The notes below the pieces were generated by a model. That model was not told the origin of the DNA. It was given only the letters and a program-made list of their open reading frames with translations, and searched no databases. Both the position numbers and the translations under genes were made by a program. A DNA stretch of 64,000 bases from a virus, in IMG/VR virus record IMGVR_UViG_3300031643_000106, positions 5,868-69,867 of that record; one strand, 5' to 3'. Every line of letters begins with the position of its first letter. Position 1 is the first letter of the stretch. Of this stretch, positions 10,113-20,250 are shown in pieces.

Positions 10113-11369
10113 ATGCTATCGGTATGTATAATAGCTCAGGATGAAGAAGAGTGTATAGGTAGAGTTATAGAATCCGTGCCGTCTGCTGATGAAATTATTG
10201 TGCTTGATGGCGGTAGTATAGATAATACTATGCAGATAGCGAGCAGTTATCCTAAAGTCAAGGTCTATGAGAACAAGTTTGATGGCGACTTCGGTAAGCA
10301 AAAGAATCTATGCAACTCGTATGCTACTGGTGACTGGATACTGAGTTTGGATTGCGACGAATACTTAGAGCCAGAGCAGGAAGCAAAGCTTTCCGCACTC
10401 ATAGCCGACGAAACTGTAGATGCCTATGAAGTTATTATAAAGACCTATTTGGATGGTATCTTTGTGGGAGATTCAGACCCACGACCGCGCAGGTTGTTTC
10501 GTCGCAGGAATGACATTAAGTGGGAAAAGCGTTTGCACGAAGAGTTGGTAAGTCCTAGTTTCGTACTATGCGATTTAGTTATAACACATTCCAAAACAGG
10601 CGCGATGCAGGAAATAGACAATAAGCGATATTGGAGTCTAGGGCAGATCCCTGACAGGTATGCCATAAAGACTGAGAAGCAATGGTACAGACGCGAGGTG
10701 GATAACTTCTCTGTGCCAATCGCCTGCTTTCATAAGGTAGGTTATTATCCTGATTCTACTGTTGCCGTTACTATTGATGAGTTCAAGCAATGGATTATTG
10801 ACAAGCTAGAAGCAGATTATAACTTCGTCTTGCTGGAAGACATATACGAGCATAGATGTGGTGGAAAGACGCTACCGCAAAAGCCAATTGTCTTGACTAT
10901 TGATGATGGTTATATCTGTCTATATGAAAATGTATATCCTGTACTGTGTAGGTATAAGATACATGCCAATGCCTTTATCATAACCGACGCAGTTGGTAAG
11001 TGGAACAACTGGGATTCGCCACCTGAAAGATTATGTCAGCATGTTACATGGAAGCAAATAGATGAAATGAAGAGCCTTATATCGTTTCAATCGCATTCGG
11101 TTTCGCATAGGAACTTAACACAGATTGATGAGATTAACATACGGCGTGAACTGAATCTCTCACGGACGGCAATAGAGACCAGTTTGCATTCGCCAGTAAG
11201 GTTCTTCAGTTATCCTTATGGTTCTTATGATAGGTTTATTAAGTCTATGGTAATTAAGTCTGGTTATATTGGTGCAGTAACATTAGGGAACGAAGTCAAT
11301 AATATTGACTCAGAGATGTATGCACTTACGCGTTATAATATGACAAGTAAGGATATGGGGATTATCTAA
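10113..11369 (+). CDS. GT2 glycosyltransferase fused to a NodB-type polysaccharide deacetylase
   Basis: N-terminal LSVCIIAQDEE..VLDGGSID..LDCDE..LHE; C-terminal LTIDDGY, QSHSVSH and FSYPYG. Confidence 0.85.
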   Translation: MLSVCIIAQDEEECIGRVIESVPSADEIIVLDGGSIDNTMQIASSYPKVKVYENKFDGDFGKQKNLCNSYATGDWILSLDCDEYLEPEQEAKLSALIADETVDAYEVIIKTYLDGIFVGDSDPRPRRLFRRRNDIKWEKRLHEELVSPSFVLCDLVITHSKTGAMQEIDNKRYWSLGQIPDRYAIKTEKQWYRREVDNFSVPIACFHKVGYYPDSTVAVTIDEFKQWIIDKLEADYNFVLLEDIYEHRCGGKTLPQKPIVLTIDDGYICLYENVYPVLCRYKIHANAFIITDAVGKWNNWDSPPERLCQHVTWKQIDEMKSLISFQSHSVSHRNLTQIDEINIRRELNLSRTAIETSLHSPVRFFSYPYGSYDRFIKSMVIKSGYIGAVTLGNEVNNIDSEMYALTRYNMTSKDMGII

Positions 11370-11956
11370 TGGATGAAAGAATTCTAAATATAGGCGGTTG
11401 GATGCACGAAAAAGAACTTGCATAGTTGTATGAAATGGCAAAGTCTATTCCAGAAGGCAAGGTTATCGTAGAGATTGGCGCATGGATGGGTCGTAGTTCG
11501 GCTGCAATATATACTGGCGCAGCAGGCAAAAATCCTGTAATTTCAATAGACACATGGTTAGGGAGTCCTGACGAGCCAGAACATGATGTCGCCAAGACGC
11601 AGGATATATTCAGCCAGTATCTACAGAACATGAAAGAATTAGGTATAGAGATGATGCAGTTTGAATCATTCGATAGGTTAGAAAATAGACCTTATTATCT
11701 AATGCGTGATTCGCTGGATGCTGCAACTATCTTTCCAGATAAGTCTATATACTGGATATTCCTCGATGGACGACATACCCAAACAGCGCGGGATATTGAT
11801 GCGTATTTGCCCAAGATGGATGATTATGGTATATTTACTGGACATGATTACTTCTGCTTTTACGAACATATCCAGCAGGAGATACATAAGCGATTCTACA
11901 TCAATGAAATAATCCACTCAATATGGGTAAAGCATCTATCACTAAATGAATCATGA
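11369..11956 (+). pseudogene. Class I SAM methyltransferase (Methyltransf_24-like) with an in-frame TAG at codon 19
   Basis: ATG at 11369 is coupled to the upstream stop (TAATG). It reads MDERILNIGGWMHEKELA*LYEMAK, then VEIGAWMGRS, IDTW, IFLDGRH and GHDY. Confidence 0.6.
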
Positions 11957-11973
11957 TTATTTGAGGAAATATA

Positions 11974-12798
11974 ATGAAAATTCCAAATCTACTGCAAATA
12001 GAATCCTCTACCGCCTGCAATGCCAGATGCGTATTCTGCCCACATCCCAAAATGAAGCGCAAGCATGGCACAATGACTGATGAACTATTTTGTAAGATAC
12101 TAGACGAGGCTGATGAGCTAGGGATAACAATGGTTCTTTTGTTCCTTAATGGTGAACCATTCGCGTTTCCGCGGATATTTGACTGGATGGAGAAATTGCG
12201 GGAACGCGGGTTATTGACTGTTATATTCACTAATGCCGCTCTTATGACGGAGGAAAAGTCTATAGCACTTTTGTCTTTTTCAGACATAATACAGGATATA
12301 GTATTCAGCATAGCAGGAGTTGACAAGGAAAGTCTTGCTAATATCATGGGGTTAGATTACGATGTTGTGGTTTCTAACGTGCGTAGATTCTATACATTAA
12401 ACAACGGGACAATACCAACAAAGATACACATGCCGCGCTTTTCCATGACCGATAGTTTCGTTACGGAGTGGCAAGAACAGTGGGCGGACATAGAGCCAAG
12501 AACAGGAGCAACGCATCTATATAACTTTGCGGGGTTGATCCATGATGACATGGAATTACGCGAATCTTCTACACATAAGTATGCCCCATGCAAAAGATTA
12601 AATCACTTGGCAATACTATGGGATGGGCGCGTATGCTTATGTTGCATGGATGCAGAGGGGCAAGTTATCTTAGGCGATGCCAACACTCAGTCGCTTTCAA
12701 GTATATTTAATGGAGAAATATACGAACATTATAGGAAATTGCATTCCGAAGAACGCTATTCAGAATTACCGCTATGCAAGGACTGTAATATGCACTAG
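11974..12798 (+). CDS. Radical SAM/SPASM domain protein
   Basis: CNARCVFC (CX3CX2C), GEP, and SPASM-like C..L..WDG.V.LCC.D..LGD...C..C. Confidence 0.88.
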   Translation: MKIPNLLQIESSTACNARCVFCPHPKMKRKHGTMTDELFCKILDEADELGITMVLLFLNGEPFAFPRIFDWMEKLRERGLLTVIFTNAALMTEEKSIALLSFSDIIQDIVFSIAGVDKESLANIMGLDYDVVVSNVRRFYTLNNGTIPTKIHMPRFSMTDSFVTEWQEQWADIEPRTGATHLYNFAGLIHDDMELRESSTHKYAPCKRLNHLAILWDGRVCLCCMDAEGQVILGDANTQSLSSIFNGEIYEHYRKLHSEERYSELPLCKDCNMH

Positions 12799-12816
12799 TG
12801 ATATGGAAAAAAAGAA

Positions 12817-13776
12817 ATGAAAATATGGCTTCGTACTCTTAATAGCCTTTCTGCGAAGATGGATATTTGCTCAACTGCGGTAGAGATGGTTTTCTATCAC
12901 CTCTATGCGGCTATGAAGAACCTGAATCTACCAGTAGTCCTTGAAGACCCACACGAAAGATGTGTAGAGCTATGGCATGGGTGGGACTTCCAACCTAAAG
13001 GTGGAAACATAAATATAGTAATAACTACTGGTGGGCATGAGATTACTCGTTGGGTGAGATGGCAGGAAATAGATTGTATCTTTGTAAGTTCACAACAAGG
13101 AATGAATATAATTGGCGATTGTAGCAAGCCGGTATATATTTGGCATCACAGAGCGGTTGACCCTGAAATCTTTCACGTCCTAGAGCGCGCTGATGAACCA
13201 TTTATTTTCGTCCATTCGGTGTTTCCACAAGAGCATAAAGGTAGTAATATGTTGTGCAAGGTATTTAATGAAACCTTTGGTGGAATAGATAATGCGTTTC
13301 TCTATATAAATCATCCGCGTTCTACGCAATATGGTTTGCTGGAATTTATAGATAAATACAAAAGCGGAAAAATTATCTTTACGGCACAGACATACAATAG
13401 CAGGAAAGAGGCATGGAAGTTATATAACGGAAACTGCTACGTCTATCCTACGTTATTAGATTCCGCGGCTAACACGGTATGCGAGGCATTAAGTACTGGC
13501 ATACCTGCTATCGTTTCTGATATACCGCTTTTTAGAGAACTATTAGATGATGATTGTGTCTGGTGGATCGAGATGAATAGTGATGTGGGAAGGCATGGGT
13601 GTGGTAGTCCTAGTATAGCATCAATTAGAGAACAAATGCTCTATGCTTATGAACACCGATTAGAAGCAAGGCAAAAGGGTAAATATGGGGCGCAGTTTAT
13701 ACGGGCTAAGTATACATGGGAAGGTTGTATCATCAGGGAGTTTCTACCCATCATGCGTGAGAAAGGATATTTATGA
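12817..13776 (+). CDS. GT4-like glycosyltransferase (paralog of 8246..9277)
   Basis: Starts MKIWLR; HKG; EALSTGIPAIVSD; WWIEM. Confidence 0.75.
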   Translation: MKIWLRTLNSLSAKMDICSTAVEMVFYHLYAAMKNLNLPVVLEDPHERCVELWHGWDFQPKGGNINIVITTGGHEITRWVRWQEIDCIFVSSQQGMNIIGDCSKPVYIWHHRAVDPEIFHVLERADEPFIFVHSVFPQEHKGSNMLCKVFNETFGGIDNAFLYINHPRSTQYGLLEFIDKYKSGKIIFTAQTYNSRKEAWKLYNGNCYVYPTLLDSAANTVCEALSTGIPAIVSDIPLFRELLDDDCVWWIEMNSDVGRHGCGSPSIASIREQMLYAYEHRLEARQKGKYGAQFIRAKYTWEGCIIREFLPIMREKGYL

Positions 13777-14693
13777 AAGTATCACTTTATATGAACGTCT
13801 ATAACGAAGCAATATGTCTTCCGTACATGGAAAGCATACTTCCATATTTCGACGAGATAGTTATTGCCGAAGGTAGCCCCATAGGTCTATCTATAGACGA
13901 TACTGCAAACATAATACGTGAGTATCAAAAGAAATACCCGATAAAGTTCTTTCAGGATACCTTCAGGCGTGAAAGTGATGGTGGATATGACTCTGCCCGA
14001 ATGCGTAATCTTCTCCTAGATGAATGCACTGGAGACTTTGTGGTATATCATCATGCAGACATGGTATATGATGCTAAATCAATTGAGATATTCAGAGAAG
14101 TAATAGACAAGAATCCAACGTGCGACCTTATATATCACGACTATATACAGTTCTATCATGACATGAAGCATCTACATTTGTTTGATACAAGTTTTGAAGA
14201 CAGCTTAAAGAAACTTGCATCTGGAGATACGTTGGCATATAACGTCAATCTAGGACTAAAGTATGTCGATAGACCGAGAATTGGGTTAAACATGACAGTT
14301 AAGATGCCGTCTGAATTTACACAATTATATGTACCGCAAGTTACCAAGTATCATCTGGCATTTGTAATGCCATACGCCTATCAGGTAGAGAAGCACGTCA
14401 GGCGCATGACGCAACGCGAGTGGGATGCGTATGGCGAGACATACTTGCTGGATAGCTTTGAGGCAGTATTCCAGCGAGCTATTAAAGAAGCCGAAGACTA
14501 TAAGGAAATATCTTTAGGTACATATCCATACTGCGGATATTTCCCCGATGAATTACGAGACAAAAATTACTGTTCTTTTGATGGCAGGGAAGAGTTCTAC
14601 GATAATATTGATAAGTATAGAGAAAGGTTTTCTTTGTATTATGATTACGACTATTACCACTCAGACAAATTTGAAGCATGGAAAGGAATATAA
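13773..14693 (+). CDS. GT2-like glycosyltransferase (paralog of 9243..10100)
   Basis: VYNEA..DEIVIAEG..SIDDT; HADM; shares the KYH....QV.KH..Q..W motif. Confidence 0.75.
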   Translation: MKVSLYMNVYNEAICLPYMESILPYFDEIVIAEGSPIGLSIDDTANIIREYQKKYPIKFFQDTFRRESDGGYDSARMRNLLLDECTGDFVVYHHADMVYDAKSIEIFREVIDKNPTCDLIYHDYIQFYHDMKHLHLFDTSFEDSLKKLASGDTLAYNVNLGLKYVDRPRIGLNMTVKMPSEFTQLYVPQVTKYHLAFVMPYAYQVEKHVRRMTQREWDAYGETYLLDSFEAVFQRAIKEAEDYKEISLGTYPYCGYFPDELRDKNYCSFDGREEFYDNIDKYRERFSLYYDYDYYHSDKFEAWKGI

Positions 14694-14694
14694 C

Positions 14695-15573
14695 ATGAAA
14701 ATACTTGTTACTGGCGGCAGTGGATTTATTGGTAGCCATGTGGTTCAGGAGCTAGAATCGCGCAATTACGATGTAGTTATATATGACCAACAACCACCTA
14801 GATACATAACTAGCGCAGAATATATAATGGGTAACATAGGAAACTGTATAATGCTCCCTAACCCCAGAATGTTTTCTGCTGTGTTTCATTGTGCTGGCAT
14901 TTTAGGTACAAGCAAGTTGTTTGATACCATGATAGATGCTATTAAAGTTAATGTGTTGGGAAGTGTCAATATCTTTAGGTGGGCGGTAGGAAATGAAGAC
15001 GATAACCACGACAGTCCTGTAGTTATTCAGCCCAATCTCTTAGGTACATGGCTTAATCCATATATGCTTACAAAGAATGAAGCTGAAAGGTGGGGCTTTA
15101 TGTTCGCTCAAGAGTATGGATTAAGGTACATAAGTGTGAAGCCTACTGATGTATACGGCCCGCGACAGAGTTGGCATCAAGGCAAGGCATCATCTGATTT
15201 TATTACTAAAGCCTTACGCAATGAGATGATTCCAATACACGGCGATGGCACAGCATGGGTAAACTATATCTATGTGAAGGATGTCGCTAGGTTGCTAGTC
15301 AAGGCGTATGAAAAGATGGCAGTAGGGCAGGTTCTACCATTTTCGCACCCAGAAAATGACATGGGGATAGAGAAATTTGCAAGACTAATAATCAACCTAA
15401 CAGACAGCAAAAGCGAGATTGGTTACGTTCCAATGCGTACTGGGCAACCATATAAATGTCCTAAGATAGAACATAACTTATCTACTACATGGAAATATAT
15501 TGACGCTGCTACTTTAATGCCGCTGCAAGACGGCTTGCTTAAAACTATAGACTACTACAGGGGATTGATGTAA
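14695..15573 (+). CDS. NAD-dependent nucleotide-sugar epimerase/dehydratase (extended SDR)
   Basis: MKILVTGGSGFIG, YMLTK (YxxxK), VYGPRQ and GDG...YIYVKD. Start moved to the ATG at 14695, downstream of an SD. Confidence 0.88.
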   Translation: MKILVTGGSGFIGSHVVQELESRNYDVVIYDQQPPRYITSAEYIMGNIGNCIMLPNPRMFSAVFHCAGILGTSKLFDTMIDAIKVNVLGSVNIFRWAVGNEDDNHDSPVVIQPNLLGTWLNPYMLTKNEAERWGFMFAQEYGLRYISVKPTDVYGPRQSWHQGKASSDFITKALRNEMIPIHGDGTAWVNYIYVKDVARLLVKAYEKMAVGQVLPFSHPENDMGIEKFARLIINLTDSKSEIGYVPMRTGQPYKCPKIEHNLSTTWKYIDAATLMPLQDGLLKTIDYYRGLM

Positions 15574-15597
15574 AAAATACGAAGGTGGGGTATATCA

Positions 15598-16371
15598 ATG
15601 TATACAGCCAAAGAACGCAAAGCATATTATAATGAGGCTTATCATACGACTTACAGTGGCTATGTTGCGAGTGACGGAACTCCGCGTTCTAGTACCGAAG
15701 TTGCCATAGAATGTGCTAGGATTTTTCATGAGTTCTTTAGTCCGAGTTCTATGTTGGGTTGCGGCTGTTCTACTGGCTTGTTATTGCATGGCATGATCAA
15801 TATAGACAATAATATAAAGGTAGCTGGATTCGATATTTCTGAATTCGTTGTCAATCACGTTTATCCCGATATAAGAGACAAAGTTATTGTATGGGATATT
15901 TCCAAAGATTTCCCCTATCAAGACGAAGAATTTGACTTAGTGTCTTGCTTAGATGTTCTGGAGCATTTGAATAATTATGAAGAAATTTGTACTGCCGTAG
16001 AGAATATATGTCGAGTGTCTAATAAGTGGATCATCGTGCGTACTCCATTGGTTAATTTTACAATAACAGGTGATAAAGAAATCAACGATTGGTTAGAGAC
16101 TCTTAATGTTCTACCGCATTTAGCGAGAATTACATTATCAGAAATATCTAAAGAGATAGTACAACTGTCACCAGACAATGAGGCATTGGAACATCCAAAC
16201 GAGCATCCAAGAAAATTCTGGATTGCGTTATTTAATGCCTATGGCTATTATGAAGAGCAACTAACCGAAGAAATATATCACATGCCTAACCCATTACACA
16301 TTAACTCATTTAATACGTTAGTGTTCAGGAAATCAAACGGGAGGATTGATGAAAGCACTGTTCGTAGTTGA
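15598..16371 (+). CDS. Class I SAM-dependent methyltransferase
   Basis: GCGCSTG, GFDIS and FDLVSCLDVLEHL. Confidence 0.8.
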   Translation: MYTAKERKAYYNEAYHTTYSGYVASDGTPRSSTEVAIECARIFHEFFSPSSMLGCGCSTGLLLHGMINIDNNIKVAGFDISEFVVNHVYPDIRDKVIVWDISKDFPYQDEEFDLVSCLDVLEHLNNYEEICTAVENICRVSNKWIIVRTPLVNFTITGDKEINDWLETLNVLPHLARITLSEISKEIVQLSPDNEALEHPNEHPRKFWIALFNAYGYYEEQLTEEIYHMPNPLHINSFNTLVFRKSNGRIDESTVRS

Positions 16372-17665
16372 ACCATATATCATTGACCCGCTAGGAATCG
16401 CCTACCTTAGCAGTTACTTGAAGGCGGCTGGACACTCAGTAGGTATCTATTCTCCGGGCAAACCTACTGATGGCCTAGCCGCCGACATGCTGTGCTATTC
16501 CATAACTACTGGCAAACATATAAAGTATATGGAAATCAACAAGCGCATGAAAAAAATCTTTCCAGACGCTATATCGGTATTTGGTGGATCGCATGTCACA
16601 TTCTTTCCTGAGTTTGCTAATGCGGATGGTGTAGATGTAGCAGTAGCAGGCGAAGGCTTTGATGCTATTGTAGATGTTGCCAATGCCGTAGAGCGCGGTG
16701 ACGGATTTTCGCACATTGATAATGTCGTACATGACGGCAAATTTACGTTGCGCCCGATGCGAGATAAGGCGACGTTGCTGCATCCAGACAGGGAGTTAAT
16801 ATATTCCAATCCACGGAATTATAATAATCCAATAAAGAATGTGATGTGTAGCTGGCTATGCGTCTTCAACTGCCCATACTGCTACAACGGTCAGTATAAG
16901 AAATTGTATAATATTCGTCGTGCAGTTATCCGCCCAGTTGCAGACATCATGGAAGAAATCGTAGAGCTACAAAGATACCCCCTGCAACTCCTGTTCTTCC
17001 AAGATGACATCTTTCCGCTATATGACCATAGGTGGTTGGATAGATTCTGCGAGGAATATGCAAGCCTTCATATTCCATTTCATATACAGACGCGTGTAGA
17101 GTATATAAACGAAAGTGTGATTAAGCAACTAAAGGAAGTCGGCTTACATGGAGTAACCTTTGCCATAGAGTCCGGTAACACTACCTTACGCAATGAAGTC
17201 TTACGTCGCAGGATGAGTGATGCTACTATCATTGCCAGTGCTGATATACTGCATAAGCATGGAATAAACCTACGCACTGAAAATATGATAGGCATACCAC
17301 ATGAGACGCCCAAGACAGCGATGCAGACATTGAAGTTGAATGTTGCCTGTAAGCCTACTATTGCATGGGCATCTGTGTTCCAGCCATATCCCGGAACAGA
17401 CTTGGGCGATATGTGTCTGGAAGAAGGATTATTTGATGGAGATATTGACTCATTCAGCGAGTCATTCTTCGAGACATACCGCCTTAAAGTCAAGCATGGG
17501 AAATATTATGTTAGGCTTCAACATCTGTTCTCTCTTGCTGCTAGTTCTCGTTTAGTAAGATTCCTTTTGCCCATTTTACTAAAGTTATCTTTGACAAAAC
17601 TATATAAAATCGTTTATAATAGAACTAAGAAAAGGTTATATGGACGTTTATACAAAGTTGGGTGA
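16349..17665 (+). CDS. Cobalamin-binding (class B) radical SAM protein
   Basis: PLGIAYLSSYLK, VFGGSHVT, GEG, CVFNCPYC, FQDD, IESG and PYPGT. Confidence 0.88.
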   Translation: MKALFVVEPYIIDPLGIAYLSSYLKAAGHSVGIYSPGKPTDGLAADMLCYSITTGKHIKYMEINKRMKKIFPDAISVFGGSHVTFFPEFANADGVDVAVAGEGFDAIVDVANAVERGDGFSHIDNVVHDGKFTLRPMRDKATLLHPDRELIYSNPRNYNNPIKNVMCSWLCVFNCPYCYNGQYKKLYNIRRAVIRPVADIMEEIVELQRYPLQLLFFQDDIFPLYDHRWLDRFCEEYASLHIPFHIQTRVEYINESVIKQLKEVGLHGVTFAIESGNTTLRNEVLRRRMSDATIIASADILHKHGINLRTENMIGIPHETPKTAMQTLKLNVACKPTIAWASVFQPYPGTDLGDMCLEEGLFDGDIDSFSESFFETYRLKVKHGKYYVRLQHLFSLAASSRLVRFLLPILLKLSLTKLYKIVYNRTKKRLYGRLYKVG

Positions 17666-17820
17666 AGTATGGATTTCGTATTTACAGTCATTGCAAAAAT
17701 GTGTAGTATATATATGCTTCTACATGGACGACTTGCTATCTGGACGCGTGAGCCTGCACAGCCAGCATTGACGTTAGGCTATGGGCATACCGTAGATGAC
17801 GAATACAAGTAGGTATTATT

Positions 17821-19320
17821 ATGGCATGGAATAGATTAGGCTTAGAGTACAGGATAAAAGACGAACTTGGAATAGAGCGTAGCGTTGATGATGGAAATTT
17901 AACCAACACAATGATATACGATGCAATAGGCGATACGCTGAAGATAGTTGCCGATGATTGCCACTTGTTTCCTGTCAGACGACGTATTGCCATGATTGCC
18001 GACCAGTGGGAGTACCCCGTACCCGACGATGTAGGGAAGATAATAAGCATCTGGTATATAGACAGTAACGGAACACGCCTGCCAGTTCGCTATCTTAGTC
18101 CTCAGCAGTTCATGAACAACCTCGACCCTGACGACACTGGTAGTGAGCCAATATACTTCTGCTATCCTTACTTTCAAGCACCCATCATTCAGATATATGT
18201 CAACGCCCCGCCTGTTTATGATTATATCTCTAAGTCGTATGTGACTACTGGGTCTATAAGGACGGTTATAGATTCAGGTGCTAACTTCGGCCTTACGCTT
18301 GATGGTACTCGTATTGAGCCGGGATTTGTTGTGCATAACCTCACTGACGACAGCTATGGATACGTTGAAGGGCTAGATATTACAACCAACAAGGTAACAG
18401 GCACGGCTGATCCTAGTACAGATTCTAATACATTAGTAGATGCAGCAGGCGACTTTGTAAATAATGGTGTTGCTGTTGGTGATATTATCTGCACACCGTC
18501 AAGTGGCGTGGTTACTAGCTATGGCTTTGTTACTGCTGTTACTGCTACGCAGTTGACTTATGAGAAAATACAGGGCGATGCCTCTATGTTTGCTAGTACC
18601 GATACATATAAGGTAGGTATAGCTACTGAGATTCGCCTATCAACAGCTACACCACATCCCGGTCTGCGTTCTGGAGCGACAAACGACTTTACCGTGGGTG
18701 ACGCAAAGGCGTCAATAACAGGCACTACGTTTACCGCCACTACTGTTACTGGTAGTAGTACATCAGGTGCAGAAGCAGACGATATTGCAATTGCGTCAGG
18801 CGGCTCGCATGGTTTGATTACTGACGTAGATGACAATGAACTGACTGTCAACATGTGGATAGGTGGACAGCCTACTGACGCTGAGACTGTTACGGTGAAA
18901 GAATGTGACCAATACCAGATTGAGAATAAGTTCAGGACGCAGAAGGTGCTATGGATAAACCCACCTGTCGAGAATAGTGATGATGTAGGGTCAGAGAGTT
19001 TAGAAATTCTCTTTAGTGGCTATCCCATGTTGCCTGACGAGGACGATGACCCTATTGAAATACCCGAAATGCCATATTCGCCTGCTATCATGAAGTGCTT
19101 GTTCTGGCAGTGCCTAAAGAAGAAAGGTAACGCATCTCAGGCTGAGGTTATAGCGGCAGAGACAATCTATAGGCAGGGCGTTAAGCCCTTTATGCAGGAC
19201 ATCAATGCTCCACCGTCTACTGGCAAGCTAACGGCACTAAACAATAGGCGTGGTAGGTCAGGTAGGATAGGTTACAAGGATCAAGGCCCAAGTGGTGCTT
19301 TGTGGAATCTTGAAGTATAG
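17821..19320 (+). CDS. Head-tail adaptor-like virion protein with a large Thr/Gly-rich beta insertion
   Basis: N-terminal EYPVPDD and C-terminal WINPP...DDPIEIP resemble podovirus adaptors and flank a beta-rich insert. Confidence 0.45.
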   Translation: MAWNRLGLEYRIKDELGIERSVDDGNLTNTMIYDAIGDTLKIVADDCHLFPVRRRIAMIADQWEYPVPDDVGKIISIWYIDSNGTRLPVRYLSPQQFMNNLDPDDTGSEPIYFCYPYFQAPIIQIYVNAPPVYDYISKSYVTTGSIRTVIDSGANFGLTLDGTRIEPGFVVHNLTDDSYGYVEGLDITTNKVTGTADPSTDSNTLVDAAGDFVNNGVAVGDIICTPSSGVVTSYGFVTAVTATQLTYEKIQGDASMFASTDTYKVGIATEIRLSTATPHPGLRSGATNDFTVGDAKASITGTTFTATTVTGSSTSGAEADDIAIASGGSHGLITDVDDNELTVNMWIGGQPTDAETVTVKECDQYQIENKFRTQKVLWINPPVENSDDVGSESLEILFSGYPMLPDEDDDPIEIPEMPYSPAIMKCLFWQCLKKKGNASQAEVIAAETIYRQGVKPFMQDINAPPSTGKLTALNNRRGRSGRIGYKDQGPSGALWNLEV

Positions 19321-19437
19321 TTGAGAAGGGCGATTGCCCCTAGACCGTGTGGCGGTCTAGTAACGAGGCGCGTAGTTGCATTTGGCTACGCATAAGGATG
19401 GGACAGAATACGCGTCCCTGAAACGGAGGAACAACAA

Positions 19438-20238
19438 ATGTCTAAGTTCGATTCACGACATCCAATATTAACTGCAATGCGGCGATATTTTTATAACATC
19501 AGACGACCAGCCGACCCCAAAGGCGTAATAAGAGTAGATACCGGCGCACCAAATACAAGCGTCTGGGACTATATACCAACACAGCCAGCATTATCGCTGG
19601 ATGGCATCCAGCCGCACCTATGGCTATTCCGCGACCCTACCGATATTGTCACTGACCAAGTAGAAGCCACTACCTATAAGTGGAAAGAAACATCCTCTGG
19701 ATCGGGTACGCCGTTAGCAGTTCAGGACGAACAAGGTGGCGTTGCCAAGAGTCTTAACGGCGCAGGTGACAATAATTTCTACTTCTACGAATCAGCGAAT
19801 GAACTCGTTGTACCAACATCAGGTAAGAACATCTGGTTTGAGTGCGAATTCAAAGTATCAGACGCCACTCAATCAGATTGGTTTATCGGTCTATGCGCAA
19901 GACTAGCCACTGGAAACTTGTTTGATGATAGGCTAGATTCTGCTGGCTTCAAGAGTGAAGATGGCGATGCCTATGTGGACTGTGAGAATGGCGTAGCCGG
20001 AGACGCACGTATTTCTACAGAGGAATACACTATGCTAGATAATACGTGGACTAAGATGGGTTTCCGGTATAACGGTAGTCAGTTCTTCTACTTCATTGGG
20101 GATACTGACACATACAAAGCTGTCCATACATCAAAGATACCAACAACCGAGATGTGTGTATCATTCGGTTGTCGTAATGGAGAAGCTGTTGCGAAATCTA
20201 TCTCTGTCAGAAAGATATTCTTAGGCATAGAGCCATAG
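19438..20238 (+). CDS. Virion protein, beta-sandwich (lectin/ConA-like) candidate
   Basis: Aromatic- and Gly-rich beta pattern; strong SD GGAGG; sits in the structural module. Confidence 0.45.
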   Translation: MSKFDSRHPILTAMRRYFYNIRRPADPKGVIRVDTGAPNTSVWDYIPTQPALSLDGIQPHLWLFRDPTDIVTDQVEATTYKWKETSSGSGTPLAVQDEQGGVAKSLNGAGDNNFYFYESANELVVPTSGKNIWFECEFKVSDATQSDWFIGLCARLATGNLFDDRLDSAGFKSEDGDAYVDCENGVAGDARISTEEYTMLDNTWTKMGFRYNGSQFFYFIGDTDTYKAVHTSKIPTTEMCVSFGCRNGEAVAKSISVRKIFLGIEP

Positions 20239-20250
20239 GGGGTGATTTAA

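Noticed and set aside
19350-19425. Hammerhead ribozyme suggested by ...TAACGAG...GAAAC
   Set aside because: No CUGANGA core and the stems do not fit the hammerhead topology.
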